A DNA stretch of 64,000 nt from an uncultured bacterium (GCA_963824495.1 CAWGPQ010000014.1:64001-128000), one strand, 5' to 3'. Positions 41,748 to 51,210 are shown, counted from the first letter of the stretch. Program-made: numbers and translations. The notes: generated from the letters alone by a model not told the origin.

Positions 41748-42023
41748 TTAACGTTTGAGCACATGTCCTAAAAAATCACGTTCCGCAGTTAATTGTCCAA
41801 TAACACGATGCAATCTATCTATTTCTGCTTTATGGTCTACTTCTCGCTTATCTTCAAAGATCTTATTGCTCTCTTCCTCCAGCTGCTTTTTCCATGCAAA
41901 TATTTGACTTGCTGAAATGCTATACTCTTGGCATAATTCTGCAACTGTTTTCTTTTCTTTTAGGGCCTCTAGAGCTACCTTACTCTTAAATGAACTTCCA
42001 TGTTTCTTGTATATTCTTGCCAT
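41748..42023 (-). CDS. IS3-family transposase OrfA (HTH)
   Basis: FKSKVALEAL...ELCQEYSISASQIFAWKKQL. Confidence 0.92.
   Translation of the reverse strand: MARIYKKHGSSFKSKVALEALKEKKTVAELCQEYSISASQIFAWKKQLEEESNKIFEDKREVDHKAEIDRLHRVIGQLTAERDFLGHVLKR
41769..41775 (-). other. Putative -1 ribosomal frameshift heptamer T TTT TTA producing OrfAB
   Basis: A -1 slip at GAT TTT TTA continues RTCAQTLSSEKRKEMIEH, in frame with OrfB. Confidence 0.7.
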
Positions 42024-44085
42024 GCTTTACCCCAGTAATAGTGATGATCTTTTTGCATCATTATACTCCCCAATTTCTCCAATTACACGTGTCTGATTTC
42101 TGGGGGTCATTATAAACCTTGGGTATGACCTCGGAAATGATCAGAGCTTTTGTGCTCAATTAAACAATTTTTCTTACGATACCTCTGATTATTCATGTTA
42201 TTCATGTAAAGATATTTACCCATATCAAGAGTTTTCATATTTTCAACAGGAATCAGCACCAGTAAGATCGCTATCTTCTACGCCATCTGCTGCTTATGAC
42301 ATATATCAGCATATACGTACTATACGCATGCGCAGAGACCGCCCTTTAACACGACGAGAAGAGCGGATAGCTGAGTGTATACGCCAGGAACTTAATCAGC
42401 GACGTGAGTATGAAGAACAACAAGGGAAAGAGCGTACATTTCGACGCAATCTTAAAGATTACACAAAGAGGATTTCACCAACGCTACCGACACCAATAAA
42501 ACAGTACTTAAAAAATAATAATCGATTCATAGATAATTACCGTGAGCTTGTAGAAACTAACTTTTCATCCAATAAGCACTATCTTGCTGAAAAATCTAAG
42601 AAATGGAAAGCAACTCTTGACTGCCGTGGTGATGATCTAAAACCACATGAATATAAACGCTATAGTAGGCGTTTAGAAGCTCTAGATAAACTGGAGCAAA
42701 ATAATGCAGCGTGGGAATCACATAACTATACAATATCGCGAGAAGTTGATCATGTATTACAGCATTACGGTATTGATGAACGACTTTACACTCAGTGTGT
42801 AGGTAATACTCTACAGCATGTACTTCATCAAGAAATACTTGAAACCCTTGATGGCTTTTCGCAGCTTGATACACACAAGTACACCGACCCTTTATTATAT
42901 CGTCTTTCTGATACTGCAATATATAGCACAGAACTGGGATGTTTCTGTAATAGCGTTGGTTGTATGGAGCAAGGCTTTGATAGTAGCGATTTCGCTTGGA
43001 GTATTGTTCATTTCTTAGGTACCTATGGTTACGCCATAAAAGATGGTTTCTTGGCGGAATGCTCTCGATTCTTCAGCTCTTTCTTGCATCCAATTGATAC
43101 TGCTCGTAATCTTATTCATACTACCTTTGAGGTTAGCAAGCTTTTAAGCAAGCTTATCTATAAACGATTTTATTGGGAGTATTTAAGCTATACCAATAGG
43201 GAGCTCTTGTTCGAAGAGTGTAAACAAACAACTGATGACATACTCTCTATCGTTAACGCTGTTCAAACTCATATAAAAAGTACACCTCCGCCTGAGCTGG
43301 TAAAAGATGCAACGGCATTTCTTACGAGTTGGTTTATACCAGGTGCTTCGGTCAAAGTGGTCAAATCGCTTTTAAAAGCAAGCCGTGGTGTAGATTATCT
43401 TGCCCTGGCTAAACGCATTAAAACATTAGCTCAAGAGGCACAAGCTAGTGTAATTATACGCCATCCTGGTGCTGCACTTCTTGCCAATGCTTTTGAAATG
43501 CTTGAAGAGCTTGTCGAAGTTGGAAAAGAAACAGCAAAAAGAGCTTGTGGTGCTGCCTGCACGAGCACGAGGCACCTTATCGAGCTCAAAGCTCTTGAAC
43601 ACATACTACTAAGCAGCGAGGAAATCAAGAGGTTAGCCGGCACTTACAATAACATATGTAAAAGCTTTGCTGAAATTGATTTTAAATCAATTATTATTAA
43701 CTTTGAGCACATATTTGGGCCAGAAATTAGGTGTGGGAAAAAGACCATTAGCCTCTCAGGATTTCATCACGATTTAAGGGGTCTAATAGAAAAAAGTGGT
43801 ATAATACATTTTAGCCATATCTTAGAAGGACCATATAAGGTTTACCGGGCCAATTGGTATTATAATGGCATAAAGAAGTGCTCCACATTCTTTCCAAAAT
43901 TATGGAATAGGGAAAAAGTGATTGAGAAGATTATAGAGGCTTGCCAGAACATTGAGTCAATTCTTCCCCAACCAAATGGTACTTTCCAATTGACCGGTAT
44001 TACGAGCGAAGGGCTCAAGATAGAGATGATTATTAATGAATTAGGTACAATGACTTCAGCATACCCTAGCTCTTGGTGGTAAAAA

Positions 44086-44454
44086 ATGGAGAAAATTATA
44101 CTGGAAAAAATTGGCGATAAAAGCTATTGGCCAGTTAAGGGAACCTATAGCAAGCTGGGCATCCTTTGGTCATTTTTGAACACTTTGCCCCCTTCCAACG
44201 CATATTTTAAGACCTGGCTTAAGGATCCACTTGAGGTGCAAATAAGCACTGACAACTGCTATCTTTATAAACAAGAGACTAATGTTATTGTTGGATATTT
44301 GTATAATAACGATGAAGATAACCCTTGCGAAATAAGGATCGACAACGAGCAATTCTATTGCCTTATTATTGAATGGGAGAAATTGTGTTTAGCTGGAGTA
44401 CAAAAAATTATCATATGGCAAAATGGTAATGATTTCACTATTTCCGAGCCGTAA
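44086..44454 (+). CDS. Putative immunity protein for toxin C
   Basis: Starts 3 bp after the toxin C stop; family motifs LWSFLN, TDNCYL, AGVQKIIIWQNGNDF. Confidence 0.72.
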   Translation: MEKIILEKIGDKSYWPVKGTYSKLGILWSFLNTLPPSNAYFKTWLKDPLEVQISTDNCYLYKQETNVIVGYLYNNDEDNPCEIRIDNEQFYCLIIEWEKLCLAGVQKIIIWQNGNDFTISEP

Positions 44455-44500
44455 AGGTATTTCACCAAGTTTTTTTCAAAAAATTATCTTCTATAGCTAT

Positions 44501-44629
44501 ATAAATTACAGGATATTGAAAAAATTTAGTAAAAATGATTATTTACCTATAGATGATATAACAAGCAATGTAGACATGTTATGGTTGCTTTTAAATGGTA
44601 TACCCATGCCCGACCTCTTTCTTAAGGAT
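44501..44629 (+). pseudogene. Fourth (orphan) immunity-family gene, truncated by an IS end
   Basis: INYRILKKFSKNDYLPIDDITSNVDMLWLLLNG aligns with MNYIILQKGDGSDYSPIENRVRNINMLWLLLND. Confidence 0.7.
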
Positions 44630-44714
44630 TATAATGACCCCTAGAAATCAGACACGTGTAATTGGAGAAATTGGGGAGTATAATGATGCAAAAAGATCAT
44701 CACTATTACTGGGG
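44630..44714 (+). mobile_element. Isolated 85-bp left end of the same IS, opposite orientation
   Basis: tataatgacccctagaaatcagacacgtgtaattggagaaattggggagtataatg...ctgggg matches the reverse complement of 42030..42114 with one mismatch. Confidence 0.9.
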
Positions 44715-44848
44715 AGAGGTATGCAAATCTTATTTTTTAAAACATTATCGTGTTTCCATATATACGAGTAGCCAGCAAGTACTATATCAAAACCACTGTA
44801 AGGCCCCATAAGCAAACACAGCCTGTACGATTTACCATTCATAATCAT
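44715..44848 (-). pseudogene. Fragment of a third paralog of 45703..46488, cut by the IS end
   Basis: LCLLMGPYSGFDIVLAGYSYIWKHD versus LRLCMGPYRGFDILLDGYSYAWKKD. Confidence 0.7.
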
Positions 44849-44959
44849 TGAGGAATCTATATAATCAGTATGACCACACTGGAACGGGCATTTCAGTAAT
44901 GAGCTTTTTGAAAATTTGAAATGCTCCGTAAATAAAGTAGCATGGCATGTCCTTATAAT

Positions 44960-45700
44960 TTAAAAATTAGTGGTGATTTCGTCAATGCCAAAATCAACAC
45001 TTAAATTTAAGAGTATCGTGGTATAAAAAGCAAGGTCTATTCCTGATTTCTCTTCGACGCTCTTGATACGTAAAGGCTGTTGTGGAACTAAGGTTACAAG
45101 ATCTCTTTTGATTTTAAGAAGTAAAGCAAAACCTTCGACTACTAAATATATGGATGACCCCTCATTGCTTGCAAGCCCATATGCAATGGTTTCAATGGCT
45201 GTGTCCTCTGGCGCAAATTTCATGCTGGCGAGATCTTGTACAAACATGTAATCATAAAATGATGCTTGATTAACTATGTCACGTGCGTCATCTTCAGCAT
45301 CTTCCGGCGTACCGTAAAAGAAAAGGTTAGCGGTGATAGCTTTTTCCTCACCGGGACGATCTAACACTTGTATGTCTGAAGTTATGGCTATACTTTTGAT
45401 TAAAAACTCATCGCAGAGATCAAGCAGTAACCTGCAAGCACTAATATTGTCGGCAGTTTCCCAATGTTTAAAGTCTCGACGCCAAGCATAATCATGGTCG
45501 CTCAACAATACGCCTAAATATCCGCCTAAAGTTCCAATAGTTATCACTAACCATGAATCGTTATCGAAAATAACCTTTAAATCGCAACAGTGATCAGTTG
45601 CTTGCAAACCTAGCGATAGACCCCTACACATTATAGATTTAACATTTTCTTGAGTACATTCAGCATTAAGCTGCAATTTTACTATAAAATGATCGCTCAT
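44960..45700 (-). CDS. Hypothetical protein, paralog of 45703..46488 (putative immunity); start at MSDHFIV
   Basis: Shared YAWxxDxKHWxxADN, YLVVEGF and GxDLAFY motifs. Confidence 0.7.
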   Translation of the reverse strand: MSDHFIVKLQLNAECTQENVKSIMCRGLSLGLQATDHCCDLKVIFDNDSWLVITIGTLGGYLGVLLSDHDYAWRRDFKHWETADNISACRLLLDLCDEFLIKSIAITSDIQVLDRPGEEKAITANLFFYGTPEDAEDDARDIVNQASFYDYMFVQDLASMKFAPEDTAIETIAYGLASNEGSSIYLVVEGFALLLKIKRDLVTLVPQQPLRIKSVEEKSGIDLAFYTTILLNLSVDFGIDEITTNF

Positions 45701-45702
45701 TG

Positions 45703-46488
45703 CTAAAAGTTTGACCTCATTTCGTACATACCGAAATCCTCGCCCAAGTTTAAAAGTATAATAGCATAAAATGCAAGGTCCACTCCAATTTTTTCGCCAC
45801 AATGCTTGATACAAAAAGGTTCTTGAGGAGTTAGTATACCGAGTCCCCCGCTAATTTTAAAAAGGGAAACGAAGCCTTCAACTACTAAGTACGTGGAGGT
45901 TTCCATATTTTCTTTCATTCCCTGCACAAAGGCTTCACTTACCTTTTGTGCTTCAATAGTTTTCATGCTAGTAATATCATGAACAAAAGTGTATCCATAA
46001 CACAAGGCTCGCCTAACTATATTATATATGTCATTTTCATAAGAGTCTCTGTTGCCCAAAGCATATTCGGCAGCTATAGAGCCTTTGTCTATGGGCCTGT
46101 CGATTAATAATGGCTCTTCAGGTAATATCGCTACATACTTGAGTATAAAATCCTGGCAAATATTTATTAACAAGCGAGTTGCGCTACTATTGTCTGCCAA
46201 GCACCAATGTTTATAGTCCTTTTTCCACGCATACGAGTAGCCGTCGAGCAATATATCAAAACCACGGTAAGGCCCCATACATAAACGTAGCCAGGATGAA
46301 TCACCCTCTACCGGAATTACCATATCAGTCTCAAGGAGCTTCTTTCTGCCTAACACTCGTTTAATAATGTTTTCTTCGGTATCCCTATGGCTTAGGCCTA
46401 ACGCCGTTACTCTTCGTGTGATACGTCTAACGTTTTCCTCATCTAATATCGCATCAAGATGAAAATTAATTGAAAAATCATCCTTCAT
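45703..46488 (-). CDS. Hypothetical protein, putative immunity for the 46521 toxin
   Basis: First gene downstream of the toxin-like gene; AAGGA RBS; member of a tandem paralog array. Confidence 0.65.
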   Translation of the reverse strand: MKDDFSINFHLDAILDEENVRRITRRVTALGLSHRDTEENIIKRVLGRKKLLETDMVIPVEGDSSWLRLCMGPYRGFDILLDGYSYAWKKDYKHWCLADNSSATRLLINICQDFILKYVAILPEEPLLIDRPIDKGSIAAEYALGNRDSYENDIYNIVRRALCYGYTFVHDITSMKTIEAQKVSEAFVQGMKENMETSTYLVVEGFVSLFKISGGLGILTPQEPFCIKHCGEKIGVDLAFYAIILLNLGEDFGMYEMRSNF

Positions 46489-46520
46489 GCTAATTCCTTA
46501 TAGTGCTATTAAGTTAATCA

Positions 46521-49080
46521 CTAACAACGTCCGCAGCCACCACATGTACCATCTACAAATGCTATATCTTTTTCAATAAGCCATGTCCTAAGTTTAGGAG
46601 GTATAACATGATTTGAGTGAATCTCAAATGCTTTTTTTAAATGCTTTTCTGCAATAATTTTCCCAAGCGAAAGGTTCTCAAGAGTTCGCTGTATCGGCTC
46701 AGGTAAGGCCTGTGATATTTCTCCGGCGTTATCAGTATAGCTTTCTGAGATTTCAAATTCTTTCCAGAGCTTATTTTTAATTTCTATAAGTTGATCCGTC
46801 AACTCAATATCGAACTCTATAAATTTTCTACCTTTAGCTTCAAGCTCTGGAAATCCTGTAATTTTCTTGCCAAAACATTCAATACAATTGCCGAAGGCTT
46901 GTATTAAATCAAAAGCTCTTTTAAGTTCGTAAAGTGCAGCACGTGCTCTTATTAAATCATCTTTTGAACTCCCCTGTAACCCAAGCTTTAGAAGTCTTGT
47001 TAATGGGCCATCGGTGCCAAGAGCACCTGGAATATCTTTACAAATCTTAATCAAACTAGCAATAAGCTCGGCATCGCAAACTGAAGGGTCAAGTTGAGAA
47101 ATATCAAAATTAGCTGCGTCCTCAGGAGTCCAGCAGTGAGCTTTCTTTTTCTGTTGTTGGTTGTTAGCTTTAACTGGATATTTTTGTTGAGCACTGGTAT
47201 GGGGCTGCTGGCGCTTGCGCACGTCTTTTGGCTTGGCATCCTCTTGGCCTTTATCGTCTGCTCTGTCCTCTTTGGGTGCAGTCGGTTCAGTCTGCTCTTG
47301 AGATTGAGTGCCAGATGACAATTCAAATGATCTTCCTATCAGTGCGCTACCACCTTGGCATGACGTTTCTGGTACATGCAGTGCGGGCAAGCCGCAAAAA
47401 GTTTCAGTCGGTGGTTGTACAAGAGGTATAGAGCATTTTTGATCAGGAGCGTGTATCTCAGAGATAATGCATGTTTGCTTATCATGTGCTACATCAGTTT
47501 GGACGAGAGGAACCAAGCATGGTGTTTCAGGTAAGGACATATTGGGTGATATAATACAATCGGGCGGAAAAATTTCACTTTCATGTTTATGTAAAACGTC
47601 AAGTGTTGTGCCATAGTTTATAAGCCCCTTGGTAATACGGTTGCTCAGTTCTTGGGGCATATCCTTAATAAGACCTGTAACCTCATCAAATAAGCTTAAG
47701 ACTTGAGCTTGCGTGGCTTGCGAAGGTAGAGAGACATAGTCAGTGAGTGCGTACCAAAAACTATCATAGCGAGTATCTCTATACGGATAGCCTAAAATTT
47801 TTTCTTTAAGCTTTCGCTTGAGGAGATTTCTTTTTTTGAGGCTTTTGTTATATAAAGCACAGCTTTTTGGATTTTGGCTAATAAGCCGTTGTGTTGTACG
47901 GCTTAAATGTGCCCAATATGGATCAAGCTCATAGTTACGATATATACCAAATTTGTTGTAGTGTGCTTCGTGAGCCTTGTGATACTTTCTAAAAATCTCC
48001 TTCATGATTGGCGTGCGGTAGCGCTTTACGATATTTTTGGCACACTTAAAGTCTTTTCGCTGACAAGCCCCTATAAGTCGCAAGAGGTCTTTGTTATGAT
48101 CATTGCCACGGATTTTATCGGGAGAGACTCTTGTATCAGTAAAGGGGGCAGCCAACCCTTGAAAAAATTTACCAACTTTTTTAGCACTGGTTGAAATCAA
48201 TGAGTCTGAATCATAGAGTTCTTCAAGTACTTCATTGCCTGCGTAAAGCTGCATTTTCTCAAAAATATTAGCATAAGACTCTGGTATAATTACCTGTTGA
48301 ATAAAACGTGCTATGGCTCGTGAAGCTCTTCTGCTCGGCTTACTAGAAATTAAATTACCAGAGCTATCAAAAAACAACTGATTAAGCTCATCTTGTAATT
48401 CTTTAAAAGCATATGTATGTGGATAAACAGCTTCTAAACAGTTAAGCTCAAGCCGTGCTTTGATCCGTTCTTTAAGTGACTTAGACGTGGTATTTACTGA
48501 TGCAAGGTTAGCAATGATAGTATTGAATGCCAGCGTAATATACCCATCGAATAATGGATCACCTTTAAGCTGTTGTAGTAAATAATCATCTAATCCCTCC
48601 TGTTGGGCTTGTTCATCAACATAGCGCCTCACAGCGGATTTAGGGGATCTTTTGCGAGCACTACAATAAAAGTAATGACTTGATTCAGGGACTGAAGAAG
48701 CTTGTACTACCGCTTGACTCGCTTGAGCCGATTGAACCGATTGAACCGAATTCACGATAAACTTAGAATCCTGAGAAAAATCACACAGAGCTTCTGCGGG
48801 AGGAATATCTACCCCTTTGGTAGGCTTACCGTAAAAATCTATCGTTGAACTGTTTACATGAGGTTCCTCTGGTAGAGGTGACGATGGAGACGATATATGC
48901 TGCTGTGCTGCTTTGGCAAACACAAAAGCACTACCTAAAGCGTATGCGTAGGCTGCAATGTTACATAACGACGTACTTACCTTGAGTAATAGCTCCGACA
49001 GCCATTGAATGAATAAAAGATGAGCTTGCTCCATATAGAAGAAGAGCACACGAGAGTACAGCAAGTATTTTCTTGCGCAT
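46521..49080 (-). CDS. Large toxin-like protein with C-terminal PD-(D/E)xK-like motif; signal peptide appears frameshifted off
   Basis: IEFDIELTDQLIEIKNK near the C-terminus, a low-complexity Cys/Pro and charged linker, and an upstream overlapping frame MRKKILAVLSCALLLYGASSSFIHSM (49080..48961). Confidence 0.6.
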
Positions 49081-49236
49081 CCACTACCCTTTTGTATATC
49101 TCTGAATCACCATTATATTTAGTACGAAGGTACATGGAAGAACAATTTCAATACAAGAGTAGTACTCATAGACTTATAGGTAGGGTTTTTCGATCTTCAG
49201 TACATATGATAGATATTAATAGTGGAAAACCATAAA

Positions 49237-49264
49237 GAATGGCACCTTTAATAAGGTGCCATTC
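49237..49264 (-). terminator. Intrinsic terminator after the His-rich gene
   Basis: 12-bp stem gaatggcacctt/aaggtgccattc followed by TTTA on the minus strand. Confidence 0.65.
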
Positions 49265-49298
49265 AGTGTACCTACGGGTACTTCAGATGTTAGATTAC

Positions 49299-50024
49299 TT
49301 ATTCTTCAAATGATGAATAATCACCATGGGGCATCGTGCCTTCATGATCCCAGCCTTCATGCATGCCTTCATGATCCATGTCTTCGTGGCCCCAACCTTC
49401 ATGATGAAGCATTTCGTGATGGGGACATTCACCATGTCTTGATGCTTTTTCGACAGCCAGCTTGATTTTATGAGCCATCTTTAAGTTGAAGTGAGCTACG
49501 TGCCGAAGGAAATCGCTTAACTCTTCGTTGTCGATCTGTTCTGCAATGACGTGTAACACGTGAGCCTTCAAGAAGAGTTTCTTAGCCTCAAGGTGCTTCG
49601 CTTCCTTAATGTGTTTGAAAGACCTCTTGATTGCATGATGAGGTGTTGGAAGGTCTTCAAGTAGCCCCGATAAATGTTTCAAGGCATGCGCAACCCTGAA
49701 GTATTTTTCTCGCGTTTCTTCAGATTTCATCTGTTCACCGACACCTTTAAACTCTTTGGCTGCAAGCCATGCCATCTTAGACTTGAGTTTAATCGCTTTA
49801 TGCAAAAGATGTGGTGGTACTTCAATTGATTTGTCTTGCAAATATTCTATTAGTTTTGCCATTTTATGAACAAAAATGTGTTTTAATGCATGTTCACCCA
49901 TTCGTTCATGCATCATGCCCTCACCCCATCCCCCGTCATCCTTATCCCACGTGTGTGCATTAATCCCCAGGGTACTGCAAAGTGCAATAATAGGCACCGC
50001 AACAAATAATAATTTCTTATTCAT
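49299..50024 (-). CDS. Secreted His-rich protein with C-terminal HEG repeats
   Basis: Signal peptide, AAGGAGG RBS, HHEMLHHEGWGHEDMDHEGMHEGWDHEG. Confidence 0.75.
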   Translation of the reverse strand: MNKKLLFVAVPIIALCSTLGINAHTWDKDDGGWGEGMMHERMGEHALKHIFVHKMAKLIEYLQDKSIEVPPHLLHKAIKLKSKMAWLAAKEFKGVGEQMKSEETREKYFRVAHALKHLSGLLEDLPTPHHAIKRSFKHIKEAKHLEAKKLFLKAHVLHVIAEQIDNEELSDFLRHVAHFNLKMAHKIKLAVEKASRHGECPHHEMLHHEGWGHEDMDHEGMHEGWDHEGTMPHGDYSSFEE

Positions 50025-50232
50025 AAAACCTCCTTTTAGTAAAAAAATATGATAGTTTATGAGATACTTAATTAATAGAGGCCTACTCCCCCTATTAATT
50101 CAAATATAGTTTATTATTAAGAAATACGTCAACAGTTTTGGTATAATTATTGAGCAGATCGATATTTTCAGAGGTATCGCTCTATCAATAGTGCCTACCC
50201 GAGGGCATACTGATAGTTTGAGCGTCATATCA

Positions 50233-50261
50233 TTGACAAATATATGGCTATCGAGTATACT
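50233..50261 (+). promoter_or_regulatory. Sigma70 promoter of ssrA
   Basis: TTGACA-17 bp-TATACT. Confidence 0.75.
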
Positions 50262-50308
50262 ATCAAAACAATAGTTTATAACTTTAAGAAAATTCTTTGA
50301 AATAGTTT

Positions 50309-50665
50309 GGGGGCGTACTGGCTTCGACGTGGCGTTGATGTCTTGAAGAGCATGTCGAGCTTTGACTAAGTGCTCGTAAAAAAATAGTCAAAACAATAAG
50401 TGCAAACACAGAAGCACGCATCGCTGTAGCCTAAGGGTTATAGTGGCTTGTCGATCTGATCTGTCTATCAGTTGGGCCGACACGTATAACTATGATAGGA
50501 CATCAAGCGAGATTTTCTTGTTGCGTAGCTTGATTGAACACTAAACAAGCCTAGATACTGGTCTTTGTTATTGAGAGCGTATCTTTGTACAATCAGTAAC
50601 TAAGCATGTAGCGCTTTGAGGTTGATATACTGCGGACATGGGTTCGATTCCCATCGCCTCCACCA
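50309..50665 (+). ncRNA. ssrA: tmRNA; tag peptide (A)NTEARIAVA* at 50402..50434
   Basis: 5' GGGGGCG...GGCTTCGAC; 3' T-arm ATGGGTTCGATTCCCAT and CGCCTCCACCA; resume codon GCA. Confidence 0.96.
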
Positions 50666-50708
50666 AAATCTTCTCTTTTCTTGAGCATATACCCTTGAGC
50701 TTATACCT

Positions 50709-51164
50709 ATGACACTCGAGCCGTTATTCAAAGTTACACCTGGCGTTTCTATTATATTACTTAAAGATCAGCATGTTTTCTTGTTACGACGTTCACCGGG
50801 GTTATCTGGAGGTGGCTGTTACACCTTGCCAGGCGGTCACGTTGACGGTAATGAGACAATGCGCCAGGCGGGAGCACGTGAAGTATATGAAGAGGTAGGG
50901 GTGCGAGTTAACCCACAGGATCTTCAGTTTGTTCATGTTATGCATCACCTTATACCTGAGCGGAATCGTGAGCTGGTTATATTCTTTTTCGCTGCGACTA
51001 CGTGGCAGGGTGAGCCGTACAATAAAGAGCCTGAAAAACATACAGAAGCTTCATGGTTTTCTTGTACTAACTTACCGAATCCGCTAGGATTTAATGGGTT
51101 TAATGTTGCTGAGGCTCTCAATTGGTATTATACAAAGAGCTTTTATTCCGAGCTTGGCTGGTAA
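50709..51164 (+). CDS. NUDIX hydrolase
   Basis: GGHVDGNETMRQAGAREVYEEVG Nudix box. Confidence 0.9.
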   Translation: MTLEPLFKVTPGVSIILLKDQHVFLLRRSPGLSGGGCYTLPGGHVDGNETMRQAGAREVYEEVGVRVNPQDLQFVHVMHHLIPERNRELVIFFFAATTWQGEPYNKEPEKHTEASWFSCTNLPNPLGFNGFNVAEALNWYYTKSFYSELGW

Positions 51165-51210
51165 AAAAAGCTTTACTTAAATTTTTATTTTTTAACTTAC
51201 TAGATTATTT

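Larger units (their letters stand above)
40801..42114 (-). mobile_element. IS3-family element, copy 2 (1314 bp, intact) with 3-bp target duplication AAC
   Basis: AAC at 40798-40800 and 42115-42117; the empty site gaggcacaaccttggg is visible in toxin B. Confidence 0.95.
40675..44082 (+). pseudogene. Polymorphic EndoU toxin C, interrupted after codon 42 by IS copy 2 (residual ORF 42328..44082)
   Basis: 40675..40800 encodes the same leader as toxin B and the sequence resumes exactly after the IS; divergent EndoU tip. Confidence 0.9.

Noticed and set aside
33863..44082. Diversity-generating retroelement or CRISPR explanation for the repeats
   Set aside because: No reverse transcriptase, differences are not adenine-specific, and there is no repeat-spacer periodicity or cas gene.
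45701..45814. N-terminal 38 aa of ORF 44960..45814
   Set aside because: Overlaps the upstream paralog; homology begins at MSDHF (45700).
50309..50700. tmRNA-targeted prophage or integrative element
   Set aside because: No integrase, no phage genes and no duplicated ssrA 3' end seen in the window.
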